64,000 nucleotides of DNA from Alloascoidea hylecoeti (lineage: Eukaryota), in NCBI GenBank assembly GCA_001600815.1, contig BCKZ01000010.1, positions 327,527 through 391,526 of the forward strand. Direction: 5' to 3'. A program made the position numbers and the translations under genes. The notes under the pieces were generated by a model. That model was given only the letters and a program-made list of their open reading frames with translations. It ran no database searches and had not been told where the DNA came from. This document shows positions 11,278-23,041 of the stretch, one piece after another. Numbering within the stretch: the stretch's first letter is position 1; each line of letters starts with the position of its first letter.

Positions 11278-11853
11278 ATGGGAAATTGTAACTCTAAACG
11301 AATCAAAGACGAGGGGGATCCACCACCTTACGATTGGAATAATCAGCCTGTATATGCATCTTCCAATAATGATTCACTGTCAACTCCAGCTCTAATCACT
11401 CCAACTGAAGTTAACAACGCAGTTTTCAGTATCAGAGCAGAATTATTGATTAAAAACAATCCGGGTGATTCTGAGAAATGGTCTGAGCCAAGAATCTGTA
11501 TCATAAAATTTATCAAAAATATAAATGGAACATGTTCTCTTAAAGCACTTGATATTAATACTTCAGAGGTTTTATTAAATCATTTTATAGCACCAGAATA
11601 TCAAGTTTCAACTGTCACTTCAGATTATTTTAAATTACACGAGTCTTCAAATTTAGATAATAACTGGGGTAGGTATCGAACTTATACAGTTACTAGAGAT
11701 TCTGACTTAAAAGGATTGAGCAATTTATTAGCCTTGAAAATTGGTTTAATTTTTGGATCTATAATGAACGGTGAAAATTTTAGAAAAGAATTCAAAAATC
11801 AACAAAAGGTAAATAAAAGGATTGAAGGTAGGAATAATTTTAAAGAATATTGA
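11278..11853 (+). CDS. Divergent RanBP1/Yrb1-like (PH-fold) domain protein with N-terminal acylation signal and PPPY motif
   Basis: Intact 191-aa ORF starting MGNCNSK, with DPPPYD. Segments VFSIRAELL, KFIKN, NHFIAPEY and FGSIMNGENFRKEFKNQQKVNK are colinear with remembered yeast Yrb1 segments LYKVRAKLF, KFLKN, NHIIAPEY and [22 protein letters not shown]. Confidence 0.7.
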   Translation: MGNCNSKRIKDEGDPPPYDWNNQPVYASSNNDSLSTPALITPTEVNNAVFSIRAELLIKNNPGDSEKWSEPRICIIKFIKNINGTCSLKALDINTSEVLLNHFIAPEYQVSTVTSDYFKLHESSNLDNNWGRYRTYTVTRDSDLKGLSNLLALKIGLIFGSIMNGENFRKEFKNQQKVNKRIEGRNNFKEY

Positions 11854-13083
11854 TGGTCATGATTAGATATATTTATTTTATTTCTAGATCCTGATAAATA
11901 ACTATTGATGTGACAATCAAATAGCTATAAGTGTATAATATAACTTATAATTACTAGTACTACATAGTATATTGAATAAAGTAAATTTCAGTGTCAGTAT
12001 AGAGTTATTGATTGATTAAAAATAATCCAGAGGACTCAGTTATTGGAGTCTAGAGTATGAAGCTTAAGTAACAAAAGTTTCTTCTAATTATTTCATTTAA
12101 TTTGATTCTTATAAGAGCCAGATAGAAATCGTGTTTCTGCACTCACCAGAAATTGTAACTTTAAGAAATGAAAGTCTTTGAATCAAAATGAAATGTTTAT
12201 AAATTATAATTATACATTTTATAAATATTAATATGATGTCAAAGAAGAGGAGAATTGGTCAACCAGTACAACGAATTCGACTTTCCCATTGCATTTTTTC
12301 CATCTACATAATATAACAAATAGACTTAAATATCCTTTAAAAATTTATAATTTAATCAATTCAATTCTTAACATATACAGGTTATCTCCATCTTTGTATA
12401 CATATGATAGAACACGATTTATTAAATTGACTTTTGAATCCTTAATTTTAAGATCTTAATTCTAATCCCTAATTTTACCTGCGACAAAGCAATGTTTACA
12501 TCAAAAGTCTTCAAAGACATCGATCCTCAACTAGCTCCAGCTAAACTTTTCAAGTCAGAGATCAACAAAACAAATTGTTTCAACTGATTCTACTAGTATT
12601 GTTACTTATAAATCGTAAATGGATACTTCACAACCTGCTATGGATCAAACTTTGTCTATCACCTTTGACTGTACTACTCATATAACTACATTACAGGTTG
12701 CTATTTCAACAATGCTTATTGACGACAAAACGAATAAAACTTATACCAGCGTGTGTGAAACTAATATTATATACCTTATTTTAGAGTTCGTAGTTATTAG
12801 GTTCTCTTAAGTAAATAAAACTCCCGAGTTGTTTTTATGTTTTCACAAATTGTTTGCTGCAAAATAAATTGTACAAGTTAAGCAGGACAATCAGCTATAT
12901 ATTAATCACGTTGACTGTTCACAACGAACAATGGAAATTATAATCTTTATTCTACTATTAGCCTAAGAATGATTCAGCGATTAAGAAATTGATATTAATA
13001 TAAGATATATTAATAATACAACGGTCTATCTAAGTATATACATATATTAAGCTTATATTTGAAATGAGGTGATCCTGAATTAG

Positions 13084-14525
13084 ATGATCGCTGGTGAAAG
13101 ATTAACCATTAATTCAAGGAATAACCATCTTTTTTTTTACATCACATCAGATATCGATGGGGGTAATGAATGTAAGTGTTATATACCCCAGTAGAATGTA
13201 CGAAAACGCAGGGACAAAGAGAATTTTACGAGATTGCGATAGTTCTTTATACATGCGTACTCTCCACATAACAAGACTTCACAGGAATCATCCCCGAATT
13301 TTGAATTAAAATTATCGCGTTCGAAAAAACTTTCTACAGAAACTGATGGTCACAATATTAGTATTGCTTTAGCTGGTAAGATATATAGGATACATTTTAG
13401 CTTTGTTATTCCAGAGAAATTATCGGAGCCATATCTTGATAACCAGCTTCATATACGTTTACCTCCCACTTTTAAGTTTAAATGGGATATGTAGATAGAG
13501 GCGAATTTATTAAAGTTAGCAACACTTATTATATTGAAGCCAGATTCGAAAATTATTCTACAGTTGCTGATCGGTTTGGAGAGACAGAACGAACCAGCCG
13601 AGTCAATAAAGGGAATTTTATTCCTTCAAAATAATCCCTTCATATCCTGTACTTTCCTCTTTCATGCTACAGTAATATCTCGATAAGACTGAATATATAT
13701 CGGCAGACGATATATATGATAATAAGAATTCAAACGATAGCATGAAATTTAAAAATACTCACTTCATAGATTCTAAAACAGGACAGTTATATTATATTTA
13801 TATAAACATTTTAAATGGTTAGAGGAGAAACCGAGTTGTTCGATCAGGAATCAAACTATGTCAACTATCAAGGTGATCACACCTCGTCCTAATATAATTC
13901 TATTTTCACCAGAGATGATACCCAAAAGATATTATGACCTTTCTTTGAAATATAAAGTTGATCAGAAAAGATATAACAAATCAACTAAATATTTAGTAAA
14001 TCCTTTGAAGTTCAGTACCAGAGACCATTGATGACAAATTCATACCATCATAGGAATGTCCAAATCATCTTTAAACACCTATAAGGGTTTAATGGAATAC
14101 CCTATAGCATATAGGATCCGGAAAGTTACAAAGGATATGATATTATTGATGATAATACGAAATTTGATTCTGAGGGCCCTTTAATATTGAATGGCTTTAG
14201 TGATAGTAAACTTGGTTACAAAGAGGATACTAACAATTGGAATATGTGGATAGCCCACTACGATCCAAAAACGGATAAAACCATTTATGAAGGAGTTTTA
14301 AGCATTGAAATATCCTCCTTTACTTCTGATTTAGTTCCGAATTTTGCATCCTGTAACGTATCAAGATCTTATGATGTGGAATTTAGAATTGGGTTAAAAC
14401 CTCAATTGAAAGTATCGAACATAAATATATTCAAAAGAACATTAAGGAAAATACAAGCTATTATAAGTGGTTCTAATACCAACAACAACAATATCGATCT
14501 AGTTGAATCAAAAATAATATTATAA
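13084..14525 (+). pseudogene. Decayed Bul1/alpha-arrestin-like gene
   Basis: Fragments AGKIYRIHFSFVIPEKLSEPYLDNQLHIRLPPTF (13372-13473; Bul1_N-like Y..F.F.IP..L......H..LPP[ST]F), FKIIPSY (linker, shifted frame) and LVPNFASCNVSRSYDVEFRI (Bul1_C-like). Several in-frame stops and frameshifts. Boundaries approximate. Confidence 0.55.
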
Positions 14526-14644
14526 TTCATTTTATACAAACTTTGATTTGAGAGTCCCTTTTGACATCGTATTAAATGCAAGGGCTGATACTTCATTTCC
14601 GTATGCTTTTTAGGAAGACAAAATCTTGAATAGTTGTATATAAT
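13808..14644 (+). repeat. Copy 2 (longer) of the direct repeat
   Basis: 837 bp versus 785 bp for copy 1; the difference of 52 equals 42+11-1. Confidence 0.95.
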
Positions 14645-15937
14645 CCAAACTATGATCATTGAAATATGAAACGATTGGTTATCTGAATGTGCTATGATCA
14701 TCTTTATTATATGTTGTTATATCGATATAGGTAACGGTGTTATGTTGTAGTAATGTTAGATTTGTGATCGAAGTTACATTTAAATGTCTGATTTATAGTA
14801 TGTGTAATTTTTTGTTGCATGGAATATTAATTATAAGATCCCCACAACCACTATAATTTATACAACAAACTACGACCTCCCTTAATTCCAGTCTATACGA
14901 TAATATTTACAAACTCAGACTTCTTTATGTCATAAATATTTTAAGGTTCCAAGGCCTAGCTAGCTCGACTTTCGGCCTATTTTCTCTGACCTAGATCATG
15001 TAGGTGTGGTGCCCGAAAAACGAAGTAAGTTTAATCTTGACTACAAGTGGAGAGATGAATACCCTCTATCAAGAATAATCAATAACTAATCCAAAAAAGA
15101 AGAGTTCTCTCCAATGATATCACGACTCTTCTTTTCTTCTTATCTGGTAACTTCTGATCAAAACCATAAATGAATTCTATGGGAATATACTCTAGTGAAA
15201 ATGCTTTTTTTACAAAGTACTAAAGTAGTATCATATATGACAAAAATTATCAATTAATATAAAAAAATGTAAATGATACTATAATAGTTAATCTTTTTTA
15301 GGTGTATTATGATCAATAATAAAATTTTAGTAGATAAACGAGAGAAAAACGATCAAAGTTGAAGAATAAAAGTTGAAGAATAAAAGTTGAATAAAAAGAG
15401 GGGAAAAAAAAGAGAGGCCTATATTTAATGAATAATAACTAGATTTTAAGAAAAAAAATCTAAAAGATATCTTGAGGAAAGATATACTTGACAATCACTA
15501 TATACAAATAAAATAAAATAGAATAATAAAAATAAGTATAAACATAAAGTAACAAACCATATAAATAAACATAAACATTCAATAATTGAAATTGAAAATT
15601 ATTAAATGATTATTATTTATGAAATGTTATTTGTAAGTTTGTTAAAAAAAAAAAAAAAAAAGAAGATTTTTAAATGGATTGATTAGCTCAAGTATAAAAA
15701 AACTCATGTGTTAAAAATAATTCAATTGCAAAGATTGCAAAAGTATTAAATGAACAAATAACACAATGTATTTACAATATAAATAAATTATATTCAAAGG
15801 GGAGGCAAATTTCAACTATAATTTTAAAGCAATAGAAAAAAGTGTAGAAAGAATGAATAGCATAGATGTAAAATTTAAAGCTAGTATGAAGAAAAAAAAA
15901 AAAAAAAGATATTTTGAGATGATTAAAAGTGAAAAGG

Positions 15938-16462
15938 TTAATTCAAATCATCCAAAGAATTAACCAATTTTTCAATAGATTGAATATTTTTTCCTAAAGT
16001 TGGAGCTAAAATAGTTTCATCTTTCCCACTTGAATCATTAGTTACATCAATTATTTCGGGAGGATTTAAATCATTTAAATATTTTAAATATAATTTAACA
16101 TTAAAAACTAATTCATTTCTTTTTTTAGTTTTTGTATTTTCAATTAATTTTTGCATTACATAATTTGCAAATTGATCATTAATTAATTCAATTAATGGCA
16201 TTGATAAATTTAATTCAATTTCTTCATCATTATTATATTGTATAAAAACATTATCATTTAAATTTTTCCTTTTTAATACAGTATCAATAATTTTTTCTCG
16301 ATCATCATTTGTACCATAAATTATACATTTTTCAACAACATTTGAAGCATATTTATGTTTTGAAAAATTTAAGATTGATTTTAAAACAATATTTGTAATT
16401 GTTTTAACTTCATCTTTTTCAATTTCAATTTCAATTTCATTTTCATTTTTATTTTCATTAAT

Positions 16463-16494
<32 letters not shown>

Positions 16495-18322
16495 GAATAA
16501 TATGTTGAATAACATAATTACCAAATTGATCTTGAATTAAATAAAATATAAATTTCATTAATTCATTTAATATTTCAATTTTAATATCAATTGTTGAAAA
16601 TTCTAATAATCTTTGTATAACTCTACAACCATAAGAATGAGTTGCTAATTTATAATAATGACCTTTTAAAAAAAAATGAATAAATTTTAAATTTTCAAAT
16701 GGTAATTTTTCAATTAATTTTTGTATAACATGATTACCATTTTGATCTAATACTAAGGTCATTATATCATCTTTATTATTTAATTCTTTTATAATTTTTA
16801 AAATTGATTGAATTGATAAATATTCAATTGATTTTTGAATAACTCGACATCCATACATTTGTAATGATAATTCTTTAATTTTTCCAAACATTTCATTTAA
16901 TAATTTTAATTTAATTTCTTCTGGAGCAAATTGAAAAAATTTTTGAATTATATAATTTCCAAATACATCAATCATTAATTTTGATATATCATTTGATAAT
17001 TCATTATATAAAATTGTAATATCTTTTGGAGATGCATTTGTTAATTCTTGTTGAATAAATCTTGAACCATGTTGATCATAACTAAATTCAACGAAAAAAC
17101 CTTTAAAATCCATTAATTTATAATTTTTATTTTTCATATTACTACGAAATTCTTCTAATTTTGGACTTCTATAAATATGTTTTGCATTTTTAGAATTTTT
17201 TTTAGATTTATTTCGAATTGTTTCAGGAGTTTTATCATTATCATCTTTTTGTTTTTTATTGTTATTTTTCTTAGCCATCATTATAATTTCTGAATTTTTC
17301 TTTTCACTTTCTTTTTGTTGTTGTTGTTGTTGTTGTTGCTGCTGTTGTGCTAAAGGAGTGAAAGAAGGGGCAAATGGTTTAATTTGTTGTCTTCCGGGAG
17401 TTGAATTATTATTATTTGTAGTATTTGGAAATTGAAAATGATTCATATTTAAACCAACATGACCAGGGAAAGGGGATATTGGAGGCATAATATTAAAACC
17501 TGAATAAGCTCCAGTTGTAACAGGTGTATAAGGAGTTGAATTCATAGGTTTAAAATCTAAATCATCTTCACCATCACTAATAGCAAATTCCGTATTATTG
17601 TTATAGATTTCAGAAGTTGACATTCCAAATAATCTAGCTGATTGTAACCAATTTGGAGATTTATAAGTCTGTTGTTCTCTTGTTGAAGTTGGTAAAAAAG
17701 GATTAAAAGTATTTGTATTTGTGTTTGTATTTGAATTATTAGGTATAAAACTGCCACTACTAATATCAGAGGAGAAAGAGGATCTTGAAGCTGGCTCAGT
17801 AAACGAAAAAGCATGTTGATTTGAGAGCTGGTTTGAATGTTGATTTATCATATCATATGAACTAACTGGGGCTAAAGTTGCTTTTGAAATGGTCGAGCTA
17901 TTTGTGAGTTGGGATTTAAAAGAATCAGAAGAAGAAGAACCGGTTGAAGTACCAGTTATGTTTAACTCTTCAATTAACGAACGTCTACGGATTCTTTCTG
18001 AAGGAGTTGAATTTGTTTTCGTAGACATAAATTCCACGTCTTTCGTTGCCTCCACTAGGCTTGAAAACCGGTCCAGGAAGCCCCTTCCGCCGGTGGTCGT
18101 GCCGGCAGTGGTGCCAAACGACACGCCGCCTCCCGAGGCAGCCAGGAAGCGGTCCGCACCCAGCAGCGGATTGCTGACCGAACTCAAGCTGGAGAAAAGA
18201 GAGTTGTCGATGGACTGGGAAGCTGTGTAGGGGACGTCCATATACCCGGAGATGGTGACGGAGCCGTTGACGGAGCCGTCGATGGCGGTGATGGAGCCGT
18301 GGCGGGAGGTCGGCAGGGACAT
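15938..18322 (-). CDS. PUF3: Pumilio-family RNA-binding protein Puf3
   Basis: RSPKLEEFR leader, then eight PUF repeats with recognition helices SRFIQ, NYIIQ, CRVIQ, NHVIQ, CRVIQ, NYVIQ, SNVVE, NYVMQ (canonical Puf3/Pumilio set). Low-complexity N-terminus with polyQ. Confidence 0.9.
16463..16492. repeat. (TGA)10 microsatellite encoding poly-Ser inside the PUF domain
   Basis: Direct reading; lies between PUF repeats 6 and 7. Confidence 0.9.
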
Positions 18323-18915
18323 CGCACTGGAGGGTGGTGGGACTGAGGTTCTGATGGGGGCCCAAATGGGAGCCCAAATAGGGTCGGAGAGAGAGCCGAC
18401 AGCTGGAAACAGGCAGGGTTAGCAGGGTTCAACGCAGATTATACGTGGCTCAGAACATACACAATCGGTGCGACTCGTCCGCTTGAAATTGGTCTGAGAA
18501 GCCGGCGGACATGGAGAATCGAAGGGAAATGGGAATTAAGGTGACGTGAAGTAAAACCAAGTAGCAGCGCTGGTGTCAAGTGGTGTGTGGCGCAATGGCA
18601 CGGCCCAGCACCTCAAATGGCACACGCGCACACGCTCCCAAACGGCCGCCCCGAAGTGCGGGCAGGCGGCACGCCACATGAAGTGGCAAACACCCGCACA
18701 CCCCTCCCTAGGCGTCATTTCCAAAAAAGTCCAATTCTCCTCTCCCAAATTTGCTGTTTATTTGCGCTGTTTTAACCGGCTCTGCGACTATTTTCCATTT
18801 TGTGTGACGTTTCTTCTGGTTTTGGCCCTTCGGAGTGGATAAAACCACCATTTCAGCCTCCAAAACGTCTTTTTGACCTTCTCAAACCTTGAAATCGTCC
18901 AGAATATCCATAAAA
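18323..18915. promoter_or_regulatory. GC-rich bidirectional promoter region between PUF3 and KNS1
   Basis: About 590 bp between divergent ATGs; visibly much more GC-rich than any other intergenic region in the window. Confidence 0.65.
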
Positions 18916-20760
18916 ATGTCTTCAACGACGGCCAACAGAAACCGGAACTCTGAATTACACACTCCACGATCAATGGACTTCGATTTCCCTCTGGGCTCCG
19001 TCGTCAACATGAATCTATATCAGCAACCCACTTTTGGTTACAATAACCATTTCCAACAACAGCAACAACAGCAGCAGCAGCAGCAGCAGCAAATAAAATC
19101 GTCCCATTCAGGCTCCATGGAATCAATGGGCTCGTTTTCGTCCATCACTGCCCCTTCGTCGGGTATGGAAAACACAAACACTCCTAGAAAATGTAAAAAA
19201 GATAAAAAACCAAATTGGAATGAGTTTTATAAAAATGGCTTCCCACAGGAAGTTATTGTTATCGATGAAGATGATGCTGGTGATAACTATACTTCAACTC
19301 AACCTCTTGATTCTCCTTCTTTTTCCAACTTACACCCTTCAATCATACAGACCTTGGTACAGACGCCAGCTGTTCAACCTAAAAGAATCACAAGACAAAG
19401 AACAAGAACAAGCACAAGAACTAGAAAACGTGAACCTGATCCTGAACCTATTGAAGATAACAAGAAACAAACAAAGCGAAGGAAAACAACAAAACAATTA
19501 TCAACAACAACTATCAAGCAACTACCTGAAGGTTTAGTAACATATAAACCTACCACCCGTTTCAACACAACAAATAAAATATCTGATATTCCAATCCCAA
19601 TAATTCAAGATATTAATTTTAAATCTCCTGAAGAATATGATGATAAAGATGGTCATTATAAAATTGATGAAAATTCAAATTTTGCTGATCGTTATATTAT
19701 TAAAAAATTATTAGGTCAAGGAACTTTTGGTAAAGTTATTTCTGCATTTGATAAAATTTCTAAAAAAAATGTTGCAATTAAAATTATTAGATCAATTCAA
19801 AAATATCGTGATGCATCAAAGATTGAAATTAGAATCTTATCAACTTTATTTAAAAATGATTCAAATAATAATTATAACTGTATTCATTTAAAAAGATGTT
19901 TTGATTATAGAAAACATATTTGTATCGTTACTGATTTATTAGGAGTTTCTGTATTTGATTTTTTAAAATCAAATAATTATTTACCATTTTGTGGTTCTCA
20001 TATACAATCAATGTCAAAACAATTAATTAGATCAGTTTGTTTTTTACATGATTTAAATTTAATTCATACTGATTTAAAACCTGAAAATATTTTATTAGTT
20101 TCAAGTGATTCAAATAAAATTCCTTACACTCCAACAATTAAACGAAAAAATCAACCTGAAAGATTTAAAAAATTATTAAAAAATACTTCAATTTGTTTAA
20201 TTGATTTTGGTTCTGCAATATTTGAAGATGAATATCATTCTTCAGTTGTTTCAACACGTCATTATAGAGCTCCTGAAATTGTTTTAGGTACTGGTTGGAA
20301 TCATCAATGTGATATGTGGTCAATTGGTTGTATATTAGTTGAATTATTTACTGGTGATGCTTTATTTCAAACTCATGATAATTTAGAACATTTAGCATTA
20401 ATGGAAACTATATTATCAAATAAAATTGATTTAAAATTAATTGATCAATGTTATCAAAATAAAACAATTGGCTTACAATATTTTAGAAATGGTACTTATG
20501 ATTTGAATTATCCAAATGATGAAACTTCAAAAAAATCTTTAAAATTAGTTAAATCAACAAAATCATTAGATGGTATATTTAATTCAAGATTAAGAGGAAT
20601 GTCAATTGCTGATAAAAAATTTTATCATTTAATGCTTGATTTAATTAAAAAATTATTAGTTTTTGATCCCTTAAAAAGAATTAGTGCAAAAGAAGCCTTA
20701 AAACATGAATGGTTTAATATGGGAATTGATGATGAAGGTATAAAAGAAAGGAATCTTTAA
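18916..20760 (+). CDS. KNS1: LAMMER/CLK dual-specificity protein kinase
   Basis: DDKDGHY, LGQGTFGKV, HTDLKPENIL, DFGSA, STRHYRAPE and EHLALME motifs. First in-frame ATG is at 18916 (the ORF-track start at 18889 is TTG). Confidence 0.93.
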   Translation: MSSTTANRNRNSELHTPRSMDFDFPLGSVVNMNLYQQPTFGYNNHFQQQQQQQQQQQQQIKSSHSGSMESMGSFSSITAPSSGMENTNTPRKCKKDKKPNWNEFYKNGFPQEVIVIDEDDAGDNYTSTQPLDSPSFSNLHPSIIQTLVQTPAVQPKRITRQRTRTSTRTRKREPDPEPIEDNKKQTKRRKTTKQLSTTTIKQLPEGLVTYKPTTRFNTTNKISDIPIPIIQDINFKSPEEYDDKDGHYKIDENSNFADRYIIKKLLGQGTFGKVISAFDKISKKNVAIKIIRSIQKYRDASKIEIRILSTLFKNDSNNNYNCIHLKRCFDYRKHICIVTDLLGVSVFDFLKSNNYLPFCGSHIQSMSKQLIRSVCFLHDLNLIHTDLKPENILLVSSDSNKIPYTPTIKRKNQPERFKKLLKNTSICLIDFGSAIFEDEYHSSVVSTRHYRAPEIVLGTGWNHQCDMWSIGCILVELFTGDALFQTHDNLEHLALMETILSNKIDLKLIDQCYQNKTIGLQYFRNGTYDLNYPNDETSKKSLKLVKSTKSLDGIFNSRLRGMSIADKKFYHLMLDLIKKLLVFDPLKRISAKEALKHEWFNMGIDDEGIKERNL

Positions 20761-23041
20761 TATCCTTTTTATTATTTTTTATTTGTTTCATTTATTTCAT
20801 GGATTATTTATTCATTCATTCATTCATTCACACACTCACTTATTCACTCATCTATACAACTTTTTTTTTTATATATATAATAATTTTATACTTGTGATTT
20901 TACCTTATAATTATCTTTTACTTTTATTTTGATGTTGTTTTATGGTTTAATAACTTGTTTTGTTAATTTAATTGCTATTTTTTTTTTCTGTTTATTTACT
21001 TTTAATTTGCTTTCTTTTTTATAATAATATCCCATCACAAGCTTAGAATTCAAAAGCTTAAAAATCAAAAAAATATATCTAATAATTTATTGATATAAAT
21101 CACTTAAATATATGAAGTCAGAGATACATTCTATGTCTATTATATCTTTTACATTCTTTTATATTTTTTACAATTGTTTTTGCTATTTGAACGATTTTGA
21201 TTTGAATTAATTACTATTAACATGAAGAAAAAAAAAAATTCGAAGAATATAATTGTACATGTCTATTTTATAATATAACTCATTTATTATATTATATATA
21301 TATGTATACCATATATCTTACTTTCATTAGAAGGTTTGTGAATGTTGATCATCGGATATCTTGTTTATATCATATCATATATCACGTTTTTGATCATATG
21401 TTTATATTTGTACATGATGGAGTGGTTGGGTTCAAACATGAAAACCGTTTACTTTTTTTTGTTTTTGCTATAAAAAATTTCATTTTATATATGAATTTGT
21501 AATCTGGATTGATTGGGGAAGTACAGAATTATAATCTAGAATTTTGGGTTTTTTGGTTGTGCATGTAGCTAATAGAGCAATATTAATAATATTGCTTTTG
21601 ATTTTGATTTTGAAATTTTTTTTTTTTTTGATAATCTTGATTTATTATACTTTTGATATTGATATATTTTGATAATTTCACTTCTCTTTTTATTGTAATT
21701 TTTTATATGATTAATTTATTATTGATTTATATCAAAGCTTAAGATGCTATTTTATATTTCCATTTTTATATCTTAACATTAACCTACAATTCCCGATTAA
21801 ATATAATGTATAATTATCATAAATAATAATATATCTGGAGTACATTTATTTGGTTTCATCATTATAGTTTTACTTTTATTATTATTGATTGCTACATATT
21901 ACAATTGCAAGTCTTGATTCATGTTTATACCGTATTAAATTTTTCTTTCTAACCTTGAGAGTAATAATAATAATATCCTTGAAAAAATGTTAAGTGGGCC
22001 TTCACTTTTTAGCTATAAGTTTAATAATTATTATAACTTGATGATCCATTAGTAATTGTAAAATCACTATGATTTGCAGTTCTATTTTTGAATCGGAAGA
22101 AGTTCCCATTTTTAGTATATTTAAACCCGGTAAACACTTCAAATTGGACATTGCCGGACTAATGTTTAAATTTGCAATTGTACTCAAGACAAATACAGGA
22201 ATGCTTCCTTCCACGATTGTAAATAGCATGAAGGCTACAAACTAGTACTATATAAGTCTAGTCTCCTCGTGGCACCACCAGACTAACCATCTTCTTCGCG
22301 TCCTTCGGTTACATGTAAAGCTAATTAAGTATTATTTTGAATATTTGCTGCATTTTAATGTATCTAGGACCCTTTATTACCTCTTTATTCTATCGTATAT
22401 GCACTCGTATAATTAATTAGAATATTATCTTAGATCTTAGTATCATCCTACAGATTAGAATTAATCTCCAAAAGAGAAGTATATTCCTCAATTTTTGTAC
22501 CTCTTTGGTTACTTGTAGGTAACAATGTTGTATCATAAATCTAGACTTAATTTTAAGGTTTAGGCTTTGACCTAATAGGTCTTGTTGGCACATATAATAT
22601 TCATTTAATTGGTTGATTTTCTTTAACATCTAAACCACGTTTTTGCCCACGTAATTAAATATAAATTATAGAAAGTATAGCATTATTCATGACTAGCTTG
22701 TAAACTGATATTGACACTTGCAATTCCAATTGAAAGAAAACATAATATTAATGATTGATGATTAGCCTCAAGTCTTTAAATTGGAAAATATAATTGGACT
22801 ATTATATATTGAGGCCTAGGTATTTTATTTTTATTGTTTATAATTAAGTCAAAAAACATGTTATTAAAGTAAATTGCTATTAAAAGAGTTCCAAATATTT
22901 GAAGAAAAAATGCTGTAAGTGAAAGAAGTAATTATGTAAAAAAAAAAAAAAATATCAAAAATTAATACTCAGTAAAAAAGTAAACAAATTATAGTTATAG
23001 CTGTAAATATAACGTGCAAATAGTATTCAGCTGATCTACAA

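Noticed and set aside
15355..15397. Short tandem repeat AAAGTTGAAGAATA
   Set aside because: Simple slippage repeat of about 2.5 units in low-complexity DNA; no further structure.
17557..18973. Many overlapping short ORFs around the PUF3/KNS1 promoter
   Set aside because: Expected from high local GC (few stops) and from shadow frames of real genes; no recognisable motifs.
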